Positions 17,489 to 27,653 of a DNA stretch of 64,000 bases are shown one piece after another; positions within the stretch are counted from its first letter, which is position 1; each line of letters starts with the position of its first letter. A model generated the notes under the pieces. It did no database searches and was not told the DNA's origin. It was given only the letters and a program-made list of their open reading frames with translations. The stretch covers positions 8,280-72,279 of the forward strand of contig JAZSJW010000031.1 in assembly GCA_045534555.1 (NCBI GenBank), read 5' to 3'. This DNA comes from Clostridia bacterium (lineage in GTDB: Bacteria > Bacillota > Clostridia > Christensenellales > UBA1242). Made by a program: the position numbers and the translations under genes.

Positions 17489-20284
17489 ATGTCTAAAAAA
17501 GGTTTAATTTCATCTCTTATTGTTGGAATTGTTCTTACACTTTCTTTAGGTATTTATACTTTAGTTAGTGTTTTTGGTGGTAATGGCAGCACACCTCCTC
17601 AAGGTCCAACAGAAACAACAGTAAACGTTGCTTTTAGAACAAGCGATACTGTTGAACAATTAAGCGGTTATGCTGAACAAGATATCGTTTTCACTTTAGC
17701 AGGAGAGGGTGCTCAAAACCCAGTTGTGCTAAATGCTGAAACAGGTAAATATGAAGCTCTTTATGCAGGTGAAGTTACTGCAACTGTAACTGATGCAAAG
17801 GGAAATAAAAAGATTTTCAAAATCAAAGTATATAATCAAGGAACTGGTGCTTCGCAGGAAGATGCTTTCATTATTGCAAGTGCAAAACACTTAAAAGAAT
17901 TTGCAGACATCGTTAATTCAGATAGTGCAGAAAGAACTGTTCCTGCATATACAACTTTGGTTTCTGATATTGATTTAGGCGAATATAATTGGAGACCAAT
18001 TGGTGGTCAAGGCAATAAAGAATATACAGGAACTTTTGATGGTAATGGTTATACTGTAAATAACATGACAATTTCTGTAACAGCTACTAACTATGAAGAA
18101 TTCCTTGCTCTTTCTGCTTTACCTGAGGTTGGAACAAGAGGTTTCTTAGATTTAGGTTTATTTGGTAAAGTAAATAATGCAACAATCAAAAATCTAAATG
18201 TTAAAAATGCAACAATCAACGTTGCTACTGATGTTTATTCTGTAATTAAAGAAAACATTGTTCCTGAAGGTGCATTATATGATGCTGGTGTTGTTAGACT
18301 TACAATAGGAACTATTGCAGGTTCTGCTTATAATACAGATATTATTGGAAATGAAGAATATTCTAATATTTCTGCAAGAATTAATGCATATAGCTGTGCT
18401 GCTGGTAACCAAGCTCATGGTATTGGTGGTGTAGTTGGTGTTGCTCAACTTGTAAGAGTTAATGCATATAATGTAAAAACAAATATCACAAACAATCTTG
18501 AATTAACTAAAAATTCATATATTGGTGGTGTGTTTGGTATGGCATTCTCATCATATAATGTTGGTTATACAAACAATGTTTATGATGCTGCTGATAGAAC
18601 TGTAATTGACAATGTAAAAGTAGACTTTGCTGGCACATTATTATATAAAAATGCTGCTTGGGTTGGTGGTGTTGTTGGTTACGGTCAAAATATCGGAATT
18701 CAAAACTCTACTGTTGAATCATTTAAAATTGTAGATAACTCAGCAAGAAGTCATATTGACTATACTTTAGATGACTATACACACGTTGCTGGTGTTGCTG
18801 GTACATTTGCTTCTTATCCATTAACAGGTGCTGAAAAAGACGATGCTGCTGTAGTAGCTGCATTTGTTAGCGGAATGGAAAACGTTGATGTTAAAAATGT
18901 TGATGTATTCATGCTTGGTGGTGATGTTGCTGGTGCTGTTTGGTTTGCTGGTAACAACTACGATGAAGCTATTGGCTTAAATGAAACAATGAGAATTAAG
19001 AACTCTACTGTTAATGGTAACATTACAGCAAATAGAGTTGCTGGTTTCGCTTGGCAAGTTAACCCAGGTGTTACAATTGAATATACAAAGACTTTTGAAA
19101 CAGCTGTTGTTGATTTAGATATTAAAGCTGTTGTATCTGCTGGTTTTGCATTATTAAACCATGGTCAAATCGTTGGTTATAGAGAAACTGTTCCTGTAGC
19201 TGAAGGTTCTGAAGAAACAAAAGTTGTTACAACAAAAATTAATATTAATACAATCGGAATGGGTGCATTAATTGAAGCTCCTATTACAAATCAAAAAGTT
19301 TGGACTGCAAGAAATGCTGTTTATGCTGCTGGTTTTGTAGGTAAATCAGAAACATTAGTTGCTGTTGGTAATGCTGATTTTTCTAAAGGTGTTGCAGGTA
19401 TTGCAAACTTTGATATCAACTTTACAGCAAAAGAAAGCATTAACTATGCAGGTATTGCATTTAAGACTGGTATTACAGGAATTATGGGTATTACAGTAAA
19501 TGCAAACTTTACATCATACAACTATAGTGCACAAGGAAACAATATTTCTACTACATATATGGTTTCAGGTGGTGTTTGTGAAGCGAGTGCTGGAACAGCT
19601 TTAACTGAAATAAAAGTTATTTTAAATGTAAATAACGGTGTAAATAAATCTCTTAACTACGGCGCAACATTCTTTGGTGGTTTAGTTGCTAGATATGTTG
19701 GTTCTGAAGTTATTAATGAAGAAGCTTGGGGATTGGCTATTGATAATAGTGAAGTTTCAGGAGAAGTTTATTTTAATCATTCATATGAAACAATCACAAT
19801 TGATGAAGTTAATTACAATGTGTTTATTGCTGGTGGTTTAATTGGTGCTATTGAAGCAAAAACTGCTGCTGGTGGTCAAGAATATGTTGATGCTCTTGCA
19901 ATTACAAGCTTTGCAGGTTCACACGTTTCTGGCAATACAGTATCTAACTTAAAAATCACTGCAGACTTTACTAATGATACTTTGGGTAGCCAAGGTTATA
20001 GAACAAGAGGTGTTGGTGCTTTAGTTGGTGTTGTTAATATTGCATTAGATGCAGATGTTATTGACCTTTCAACAAACACTGTTACAGCTGTTGAAATTGT
20101 TGCAGATGAAGATGCTTTCACTTATGCATATGAAGGGGAAAATGGTTCACAAGTAACAAATATTCTTCTTGGTGCTAACAAAGAAAATGTATTTGGTGCA
20201 AGCTATGCTTGGAACTGTACAATTGCAAACAGAATTACAAATCCAGCTGAAGTTGGTGTAACATACACAGAATTAGCTGAATAA
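17489..20284 (+). CDS. Large surface protein with GLUG-type beta-helix repeats (931 aa from ATG 17489)
   Basis: AAGGAG RBS before ATG 17489; N-terminal TM; DIDL..WRPIG..YTGTFDGNGYTV, GLFG, repeated IGG(V/L)(V/I)G motifs. Confidence 0.8.
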   Translation: MSKKGLISSLIVGIVLTLSLGIYTLVSVFGGNGSTPPQGPTETTVNVAFRTSDTVEQLSGYAEQDIVFTLAGEGAQNPVVLNAETGKYEALYAGEVTATVTDAKGNKKIFKIKVYNQGTGASQEDAFIIASAKHLKEFADIVNSDSAERTVPAYTTLVSDIDLGEYNWRPIGGQGNKEYTGTFDGNGYTVNNMTISVTATNYEEFLALSALPEVGTRGFLDLGLFGKVNNATIKNLNVKNATINVATDVYSVIKENIVPEGALYDAGVVRLTIGTIAGSAYNTDIIGNEEYSNISARINAYSCAAGNQAHGIGGVVGVAQLVRVNAYNVKTNITNNLELTKNSYIGGVFGMAFSSYNVGYTNNVYDAADRTVIDNVKVDFAGTLLYKNAAWVGGVVGYGQNIGIQNSTVESFKIVDNSARSHIDYTLDDYTHVAGVAGTFASYPLTGAEKDDAAVVAAFVSGMENVDVKNVDVFMLGGDVAGAVWFAGNNYDEAIGLNETMRIKNSTVNGNITANRVAGFAWQVNPGVTIEYTKTFETAVVDLDIKAVVSAGFALLNHGQIVGYRETVPVAEGSEETKVVTTKININTIGMGALIEAPITNQKVWTARNAVYAAGFVGKSETLVAVGNADFSKGVAGIANFDINFTAKESINYAGIAFKTGITGIMGITVNANFTSYNYSAQGNNISTTYMVSGGVCEASAGTALTEIKVILNVNNGVNKSLNYGATFFGGLVARYVGSEVINEEAWGLAIDNSEVSGEVYFNHSYETITIDEVNYNVFIAGGLIGAIEAKTAAGGQEYVDALAITSFAGSHVSGNTVSNLKITADFTNDTLGSQGYRTRGVGALVGVVNIALDADVIDLSTNTVTAVEIVADEDAFTYAYEGENGSQVTNILLGANKENVFGASYAWNCTIANRITNPAEVGVTYTELAE

Positions 20285-20303
20285 TATTAAAAATGAATAA
20301 TAT

Positions 20304-20335
20304 AAAAAACGGATTTTTAATAATCCGTTTTTTTT
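20304..20335 (+). terminator. Rho-independent terminator
   Basis: AAAAACGGATT...AATCCGTTTTTTT. Confidence 0.8.
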
Positions 20336-20453
20336 GTGCAAAAAATAATAATTTGATTTTTGCAATACGTGCTCTTTTAATTGACAGACTTTTTTTTATT
20401 TAATAAAATAGAATAGTAATATTTTACACATAATAAACAAAAAAGAGAAGTCA

Positions 20454-21725
20454 ATGAAATCAAAATTAACTAAATGGATAATTGTTATAGTTGTATTTAT
20501 TGTTGCTGCAATAGGTAGTCTATTGGGCGTTTCTTTGCTTACAAATGCATCAACCACAACAGTTAATGATATAAGGCTATTAAGTGCTTCAAGTAATGAA
20601 GAGTTATTTAGCAAAGAGGTTTATTTAACCGCCTCTAGTCACAACTATTTTGATGTTAAGTTAGATGCTTCAGCATCTTCAATATTAAAATATAGAGTGG
20701 TATCTTCAAATCCTGAAGTTGCAACAGTGGTAGCTAATGGAAATAATTATAGAGTAAGGTATTTAAAAGTTGGTGAAACAACAATCACTGCAACAACATT
20801 AGAGGCTAGTAATATAAAAGATAGTTTCGTATTAAAAGTTAAAGAATATGTACCAACAAACTTTGTTATAACAGAAGAAGATAGAATAAACGATTTAGAA
20901 GTTAAAATGTTTGCAGATAATAGAGATTACAGATTTTCTTTTGAGGCTAGTCAAGGTAGTATAGAAGAAAATATAAACATTTCTAGTTTAGAAGTTGTTG
21001 GTGGTTTTAATACTAATGTTTTTAGTTCTGTTTATATTGACGCGGGAACACAAGAATTAGTTGTAAAAGCTAAACAAAGCGAAGCTTTTATAAAAGAATA
21101 CATTACTATTCAATCAAAACGAATAAATGCTGAAGGTAAGAAAGAAACGGTTGCAACATTTGTTGTTTGTGTTAATGTTTACGGTAACTATATTTCTGAT
21201 ATACAATTAATGTTGTCAAGTGTTCCAAACTTTGATGTTTCTCCTAATATTTGTGGTGAAGGACTGCTAAAAGAGGGTGAGACAAGAATAGGCGGTATCT
21301 ATCTAACAAAAGAAGTTCATATCATTTATGCTAGAGTTAGAGCAGTTTATACTAACGGGGAAATGTTTGATGTTACAAGTAAATCTTCATCATCAACAAT
21401 ATCAGGCAATCCAAATACTTCTAGACCGGCTCTAGGTGGATATTATTCTATTGATGTTCAAGGCGAAACTGCGGGCATAAAATTTAGTTATGGTGGTGTT
21501 TCGGAAGATGTGTCATTCAACTATCTAGATGAAGTGAAAACCCCAGCAACATATGTTAATTTCTTTGAAAATCAATTATATAAAAAGCTTGTAGATGAAG
21601 AAACGGGTGTGACTTACTATGAGTATGTTTATTGGGATACAAGATATAAAAGAACAGATACAGTAACAGATAAGGCGGGTAGAATTATAGATTTTATGAA
21701 CGGTGCTCCTGCATGTGGTGAATAA
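20454..21725 (+). CDS. Membrane-anchored Ig-like (Big2) domain protein
   Basis: N-terminal TM; SSNPEVATV...VGETTITAT Big2 signature. Confidence 0.75.
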   Translation: MKSKLTKWIIVIVVFIVAAIGSLLGVSLLTNASTTTVNDIRLLSASSNEELFSKEVYLTASSHNYFDVKLDASASSILKYRVVSSNPEVATVVANGNNYRVRYLKVGETTITATTLEASNIKDSFVLKVKEYVPTNFVITEEDRINDLEVKMFADNRDYRFSFEASQGSIEENINISSLEVVGGFNTNVFSSVYIDAGTQELVVKAKQSEAFIKEYITIQSKRINAEGKKETVATFVVCVNVYGNYISDIQLMLSSVPNFDVSPNICGEGLLKEGETRIGGIYLTKEVHIIYARVRAVYTNGEMFDVTSKSSSSTISGNPNTSRPALGGYYSIDVQGETAGIKFSYGGVSEDVSFNYLDEVKTPATYVNFFENQLYKKLVDEETGVTYYEYVYWDTRYKRTDTVTDKAGRIIDFMNGAPACGE

Positions 21726-21992
21726 ATGCTGGCGTATATTGAGTTGAAATATGGTAAGATAGATACTTTAGATGTTCATGGTTTAACTAAAGAAGAGGCG
21801 AAAGCTGAAATTTTATATAAGCTAGATAGGTTAGATATTTTTATAAAAGGCTTATTAATAACTCATGGATATCATAGTGGGGTAGTGCTAAAAAATTTTA
21901 TAAGGAAAGAGTTTTCTCACAAATACGTTTATCAAAAAGTTAATATTGATGCTAGTAGAACCTTGTTATTGTTGGATTTTAGTAAAAATTAA
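21726..21992 (+). CDS. Standalone Smr/MutS2-C domain protein
   Basis: LDVHGLT..EA and ITHGYHSG..LK motifs. Confidence 0.85.
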   Translation: MLAYIELKYGKIDTLDVHGLTKEEAKAEILYKLDRLDIFIKGLLITHGYHSGVVLKNFIRKEFSHKYVYQKVNIDASRTLLLLDFSKN

Positions 21993-22001
21993 GGTGTTCA
22001 T

Positions 22002-23174
22002 ATGAAAAAAAAGGAGAGAAGAGAGATAATTCAACAATCTTTGCTTGAAAATCCTAATATGGAAACCCAAGTCAAAGATAAACCTTATAGGCTAGTGCTA
22101 AGAGTGCTAGCCATTCTTCTTTTGTTTTCAGTTATAATATTTGGCTATTTATCTAAATTTACAATAAACTTTTTTCCTAATTATTTTTCACATTATTGTA
22201 CAGGAACTTTTAATGCTGATAATTTCTATAAAGCAAACGATTGTGATTTAATTGTTTTTGATAGATATAAAGAAATTTCGGACATAAAGGTTGGCGATAT
22301 TGTTGTATACTCTTCTAATTTGGGAAAAGGAAGTGGCAGGGTATTAAAAAATGACCACGGTGTTGTAGAAATTGAAACTAAAAAGGGTGAAACAAAAAGA
22401 ATTTCTGAAACAATAGTGGTTGGAAAGCAAGTTAAAACTATTGCGGCCATAGGCTTTTTAATTGAATTTATTGGTAGTTACTATGGAATAATAACTTTTA
22501 ATATCTTACTAATAGCATATATAGCTTATTTAACTTTTAGCAGAATTAACTATGAAAATACAAGTCATGGTAAAATGCTATATAAAAAGTTTAGACAAGC
22601 TCAAAAGGAAGAAAGAAATAGGCTTAGGTTATTAAGAAAAATAAAAGGTATAGACGATATTACTTATGTAATCGTTTCTATGCTTGAGGGTTCTTTTGAA
22701 GAAAACAAAGAAAAGTTTTTGGCATTTAATAAGGAAACAAAAACGGGGTTAAAAGAAAAATACAAATATATTTTAAATAGTGTTCATAATGCATATTTGC
22801 CAAATGAAGATTTGACAAGAAGTGAGAAAAAACAAATATCTTCGGTCGTTGAATTGATGTGTGTTTGTCAAGATATGGATATGGATATTGAATATATGGT
22901 TGTGGATTTATTATTGAAAACTCCTTTAATAGAATTTGATACAGAGAATTTTGCAAAAGAAGCACAAGAGTTCTTAAAATCAAAACTTGATGACGATGAT
23001 TTATTAAATTTTGGCTCGGTTTTATATATTTTAATATATAAAAATAAAAGGTTAAGAGACGAACATATAAAGAATTTGGCGGAGTGTTATTTAGAGAAAA
23101 CCAAAGAAACGACAAGTTTAGACAAGGAAATTGTTGTAAATACAGCACAAAGCATAATAAAATTATTAAAATAA
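22002..23174 (+). CDS. Membrane protein with degenerate SipW-like (S26) domain and cytoplasmic helical C-terminus
   Basis: TM, then DIKVGDIVVY...IVVGKQV...IGFLIEF, then TM; lacks the SxSM and THR catalytic motifs. Confidence 0.55.
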   Translation: MKKKERREIIQQSLLENPNMETQVKDKPYRLVLRVLAILLLFSVIIFGYLSKFTINFFPNYFSHYCTGTFNADNFYKANDCDLIVFDRYKEISDIKVGDIVVYSSNLGKGSGRVLKNDHGVVEIETKKGETKRISETIVVGKQVKTIAAIGFLIEFIGSYYGIITFNILLIAYIAYLTFSRINYENTSHGKMLYKKFRQAQKEERNRLRLLRKIKGIDDITYVIVSMLEGSFEENKEKFLAFNKETKTGLKEKYKYILNSVHNAYLPNEDLTRSEKKQISSVVELMCVCQDMDMDIEYMVVDLLLKTPLIEFDTENFAKEAQEFLKSKLDDDDLLNFGSVLYILIYKNKRLRDEHIKNLAECYLEKTKETTSLDKEIVVNTAQSIIKLLK

Positions 23175-23256
23175 CTAAACTTTTTTTGAAAAAGGTCTAG
23201 AAATATATGAAATATATGATATAATATATATAATTAAGTGTTAAGGAGATTTATGT

Positions 23257-23448
23257 ATGGATATTTCTAAAAAATCTTTAATTTTAAGCTTAGTAGCAGT
23301 ATTTGTATGTTTAGCTGTTGCTGTTGTTTGTCTTGTTGTTATGAAGGCAGATTGGGTATCAATAGTTCTATCTGCACTTATTGTTGCATTAGCAGTTTAC
23401 GTTTGCATCTTCTGTTGGAAAGTTGCAAGAATGAACAAAAATAAGTAA
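23257..23448 (+). CDS. Small two-TM membrane protein
   Basis: AAGGAG RBS, two hydrophobic helices, own terminator at 23451-23491. Confidence 0.8.
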   Translation: MDISKKSLILSLVAVFVCLAVAVVCLVVMKADWVSIVLSALIVALAVYVCIFCWKVARMNKNK

Positions 23449-23560
23449 ATAAAAAATAAAAGAGCTTAAATTTAAGCTCTTTTTATTTTTTAAGTTTCGC
23501 CCTATAGTTGTTTGACAAAAAATTAAGGTTGTTTATAATTTAATTATAGGGGAATAGGTT

Positions 23561-24265
23561 TTGGCAAATTTATTTAGTAAAAAAATAAAAGGTGAAGAAC
23601 ACAGATCGCAATTGCAACCTGTTGTTTTTTCTGATGATAATAAATCTATTGCTGCCTTAAAGAAAAATCAGCTTGATACCTATGATGAACTTGAGAGTTA
23701 TAAAAGGTTAAGAAAAAAAAGAAGAAAAATTGCTTTTGCTCGAATGTCTGTATGGCTATTAGTAATTTTGCTTGTGCCTATTTTTGTGTTTTTCTCTATA
23801 GTTATTATAAATCCAAAAGCTGGTTGTAATTTCTTCGGGTATAATTTCTATTTAGTTACTAGTAGAAGTATGACAGGTGTGTGTAATAAAGGTTCTTGCA
23901 TAGTTATAAGGTCTGTGTCATCTACAGAAGAAATTGATATTGGTACGGATATAACATTTATAAGAGAATTTGATGGGCAAACAGTTACCCATAGGGTAAT
24001 AGATATTATAGAAGATGAGCATGGTAATATTAGTTACATAACAAAAGGTGTCGCTAATCCAAATGCGGATCAAGGTGCTGTCGCCTTTGAGAATGTTATA
24101 GGTGTTAGGATAAAAACGTTAAACGGGCTCGGAGCTATGATTACCTATTTTAGAACAGCTTATGGAATTATCACATTTTTAGCTATATTTGTTGGTATTG
24201 TTGTTGCTTTCAATGTTGGATTTAGGCTCTCAGATGATATTAGGGCTGTTGGTAGAATTAATTAG
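23561..24265 (+). CDS. sipW: Signal peptidase I, SipW (ER-type, S26B) family
   Basis: VTSRSM (Ser nucleophile), VTHRVI (His), ITKG.AN..AD, VIG motifs; flanking TM helices. Confidence 0.8.
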   Translation: MANLFSKKIKGEEHRSQLQPVVFSDDNKSIAALKKNQLDTYDELESYKRLRKKRRKIAFARMSVWLLVILLVPIFVFFSIVIINPKAGCNFFGYNFYLVTSRSMTGVCNKGSCIVIRSVSSTEEIDIGTDITFIREFDGQTVTHRVIDIIEDEHGNISYITKGVANPNADQGAVAFENVIGVRIKTLNGLGAMITYFRTAYGIITFLAIFVGIVVAFNVGFRLSDDIRAVGRIN

Positions 24266-24317
24266 TATAAATCTCTCAGTTGTTGGCTATAATTGCTTTT
24301 AATTGGGGGATTTTTCT

Positions 24318-24902
24318 ATGTTAAGAAAAAATATTTCTGCGGTTATGGCAACAATACTTTCTGCATTATTGTTTATTGTTATTGGTTCGTGTTTTTCCGC
24401 TTTTGTTTATAGAAAGGAAATTGTAAAAGTTGAAAATCCGAAATTAATATTGGCTGAAGGAATTAGTGCTTTTAATGAAGATGGTGATAAAATTATTACA
24501 GAGCTAAAATTATCTAAAATGAAATTAGGTTTAAAGCCTGCGACTGGTGAAGAAGATAGTGAAACAAACATACCTATCACAGTAACAGATAAAAAGGGAA
24601 GCGAAGGTCAGTATGTAAAGTTTAAGGTTTATATACCAAATGGTGCTGCAATTTATGTTACTGATATAAAAATTGATAGTAAAGAAGATAAAGAAAAAAT
24701 TAATAAAGAAAGGGAAAATATAATGGTATCTATTAAAGAAATAAAAGGGAGTTCTGTTTCTTTAAAAGAAGATAAAGTTTCTCTTGGAACTTTAGAAGCT
24801 AGTGACGAAAAAAAGTCCTTAACTTTTTATGTTTGGCTATCAAATAAGGCTGGGGATATTTTAGAAGCTTCTACAATTAGTTTTAACGTGTCTTTTGAAT
24901 AG
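24318..24902 (+). CDS. Exported protein, candidate SipW substrate (TasA/CalY-like)
   Basis: Signal peptide ending IGSCFSAF; C-terminal TFYVWL..KAG....STISFNVSFE; directly after sipW. Confidence 0.5.
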   Translation: MLRKNISAVMATILSALLFIVIGSCFSAFVYRKEIVKVENPKLILAEGISAFNEDGDKIITELKLSKMKLGLKPATGEEDSETNIPITVTDKKGSEGQYVKFKVYIPNGAAIYVTDIKIDSKEDKEKINKERENIMVSIKEIKGSSVSLKEDKVSLGTLEASDEKKSLTFYVWLSNKAGDILEASTISFNVSFE

Positions 24903-24984
24903 AATTTAATAAAAAGAGGGGGTGAACTCTTCTTTTTTTTGTTGGTAAACATAAATAAATTCATTAAAGAGCATAATATAAAAT

Positions 24985-26553
24985 ATGAAGGGAGTTTCTA
25001 AGGAAAAAGCTTTTTATAAGGGGGCATTAGTTTTAATGCTCTTTGGTTTTTTGTCTAAAGTTGTGGGGGCTGTTTATAGAATACCTCTAACAAGTATTAT
25101 TGGTGCTGAAGGAATGGGGCTTTATCAAATGGTTTTTCCTTTGTATACCTTGATGCTTACAATTTCTAGTTCGGGGCTTCCTTCAAGCATATCTAAACTA
25201 ATAGCGGAAAGTAGGGCAAAAAACAATTTTAGGCAAGCGAACAAAATATTAAAAATATCTTTTGTTTTATTAATTAGTTTTTCTTTAATATGTACATTAT
25301 TGGTGTTTTTCCTTGCAAAACCAATTGCTATTGTGCAAGGAAACAAAAAAGCAACAATTTGCTATCTAGGTATAGCTCCCGCTATAATTTTTGTGGGGCT
25401 TATCTCTGGATTTAGGGGCTATTTTCAGGGTGAAGAAAATATGTTTCCTACAGCAATCTCTCAGTTTATTGAACAGATTGTAAAAATGGCTTTAGGATTG
25501 TATTTCGCTTCTTTATTTATAAAAAAGGGGTTAAATTATGGTGTTTTAGGAGCCATGATAGGTATAAGTGTAAGTGAATTGGTAGCTTTTTTATATTTGC
25601 TTATAAAATACGTATTTTGCTCTAAAAAAAGAAAGAAACAACTTGATTTAAGTGTTGGACAGCTAACTAGCAATAGAGAAGCAGTGAAAAGTATTTTGTC
25701 ACTGTCAATTTATGTTACACTTGGTGGCCTTATTATGCCACTTACAATGCTTATAGATAGTTCTTTGGTTATTAATATTTTAAAAAATATTGGATTTAGT
25801 GAAACTGTAGCAACAAAACTATTTGGGCTTCAAACTGGAACGGTGGGGTCTATTATTAACATGCCAGTTGTTTTATCTCTAGGTATAGCAACCTCAATTT
25901 TGCCTTGTGTTGCAAAAAACAATGTAAAGGGGAATATGCAAGAGGTTAAAAAATCTATATCAAAAGCGATATTATTAACAATAATTTTTGCACTGCCGGC
26001 GAGTGTTGGTTTAATGACCTTTTCTCAGCAAATTATACGTCTTTTATATTCTAAAAGTTTGTCGACAGCTCAAATTTATGTTGCTTCTCAAATTTTAGAA
26101 GTGGCGAGTTTTGGTGTGTTTTATCTTGCGATGGTTCAGGTTACAGCGGGGATTTTGCAGGGCGTTTCTAAGTTTTTTGTACCCTTAATTTCTTTATCTT
26201 GCGGGGCGGTTGTAAAAATAATACTAAATGTGGTTTTAATAAGAATTAAGAGTGTTAACATTTTGGGTGCAGAGGTGTCAACAGTAGCCTGTTATATAGT
26301 AGCCCTTATTGTTAATTTATATGTTTTAAAAAGACAAGGTCTTTTAAATTTGGATTATAAAATATTTTTTGTTTTTATATTTAGTTCATTTATCTATTTA
26401 TCAAAATATCTTTTTAATTGGTTTTTGTTCATTAAACTTAATTATTATTTATCATTATTTATGACTATTTTTCTAGTATTAATGATTTATTTTACTCTTT
26501 TATTTATTTTGTACTTAATGCCACTAAAAAGAATAAAAAATAACAAAAAATAA
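24985..26553 (+). CDS. SpoVB/YabM/MurJ-family (MOP) flippase
   Basis: SKVVGAVYRIPL..IIGAEGMGLYQ, RGYFQG, SQFIEQ motifs; about 14 TM. Confidence 0.9.
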   Translation: MKGVSKEKAFYKGALVLMLFGFLSKVVGAVYRIPLTSIIGAEGMGLYQMVFPLYTLMLTISSSGLPSSISKLIAESRAKNNFRQANKILKISFVLLISFSLICTLLVFFLAKPIAIVQGNKKATICYLGIAPAIIFVGLISGFRGYFQGEENMFPTAISQFIEQIVKMALGLYFASLFIKKGLNYGVLGAMIGISVSELVAFLYLLIKYVFCSKKRKKQLDLSVGQLTSNREAVKSILSLSIYVTLGGLIMPLTMLIDSSLVINILKNIGFSETVATKLFGLQTGTVGSIINMPVVLSLGIATSILPCVAKNNVKGNMQEVKKSISKAILLTIIFALPASVGLMTFSQQIIRLLYSKSLSTAQIYVASQILEVASFGVFYLAMVQVTAGILQGVSKFFVPLISLSCGAVVKIILNVVLIRIKSVNILGAEVSTVACYIVALIVNLYVLKRQGLLNLDYKIFFVFIFSSFIYLSKYLFNWFLFIKLNYYLSLFMTIFLVLMIYFTLLFILYLMPLKRIKNNKK

Positions 26554-26604
26554 AAAATTTGAAAAATTCTTTAAATAATTAAATATATTTGTTATAATAA
26601 GCTT

Positions 26605-27540
26605 ATGAAAAAATTAGTTATAAAAAATATTGAGCTTAAAAACAATGTGGTTTTGGCTCCAATTGCAGGTTATACAGATATTGGGTTTAGAGCACTAGCG
26701 AAAAAGTATGGAGCTGCTCTTACTTATACAGAAATGGTAAGTGCAAAGGCTTTAGTGTATGGTAATAAGAAAACTCAAGATTTATTAATTACTCATGAAA
26801 GCGAAGTTCCATGTGCTGTGCAACTTTTTGGAAATGATCCACAAGCTTTTTATGATGCGTTGCAACTTGAATGTTTAAAGAAGTTTGATATTATTGATAT
26901 AAATATGGGGTGTCCTGCTCCTAAGATTTTTTCTAATGGCGAGGGCTCTGCACTTATGGGAAATATGGAGCTTGCAGAAGAAATTGTTAAAGCTTGTGTA
27001 AAAGCGACAGATAGGCCTATTACCGTAAAATTTAGGAGCGGTATAAAAGATGTTGTGGCTGCCAAATTTGCAAAAAGAATGGAAAAAGCAGGTGCAAGCT
27101 TAATCACTATTCATGCAAGAACAAAAGAACAGGGGTATAGTGGTAAAGCGGATTTAGATGTTGCCAAAAGTGTAAAAGAAGCGGTTAATATACCAGTCAT
27201 AGTAAGTGGTGATTGTGTTGATAAGGAAAGTTATGATAGAATAATGGATTATACCAAGGCGGACGGTGTGATGATTGCTAGAGGTGCTCTTGGTTGTCCT
27301 GAAGTTTTCTCTGAAATTTTAGGTTTAAATATTGAAGTTAATAAATTGGAAGATATTAAAGCACATATAGAGGAACTTAAAAAACATTATTCAGAAAAAT
27401 TTATTGTTTTAACCATGAGGTCTCATATAGCTTTTTATTTAAGAAAATCGAAAGTGGCTTCACAAAAAAGAGTTGCTCTTTTGAAAGTAGAAAAACTAGA
27501 CGAACTTGTAAAGATGATAGAAGAAGTGCTGGAAGATTAA
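26605..27540 (+). CDS. dusB: tRNA-dihydrouridine synthase
   Basis: LAPIAGYTD..FR, TEMVS, DINMGCP, TIHART, VMIARG. Confidence 0.9.
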   Translation: MKKLVIKNIELKNNVVLAPIAGYTDIGFRALAKKYGAALTYTEMVSAKALVYGNKKTQDLLITHESEVPCAVQLFGNDPQAFYDALQLECLKKFDIIDINMGCPAPKIFSNGEGSALMGNMELAEEIVKACVKATDRPITVKFRSGIKDVVAAKFAKRMEKAGASLITIHARTKEQGYSGKADLDVAKSVKEAVNIPVIVSGDCVDKESYDRIMDYTKADGVMIARGALGCPEVFSEILGLNIEVNKLEDIKAHIEELKKHYSEKFIVLTMRSHIAFYLRKSKVASQKRVALLKVEKLDELVKMIEEVLED

Positions 27541-27653
27541 TTTCAGCACTTTTATTATTATATTTATATTATAAATATTATAGTTAATTGACAAACAAAA
27601 GGATTTAATGATAAACTTATAAAGATAAATTATAAATACAAGGGGTTTTTATT

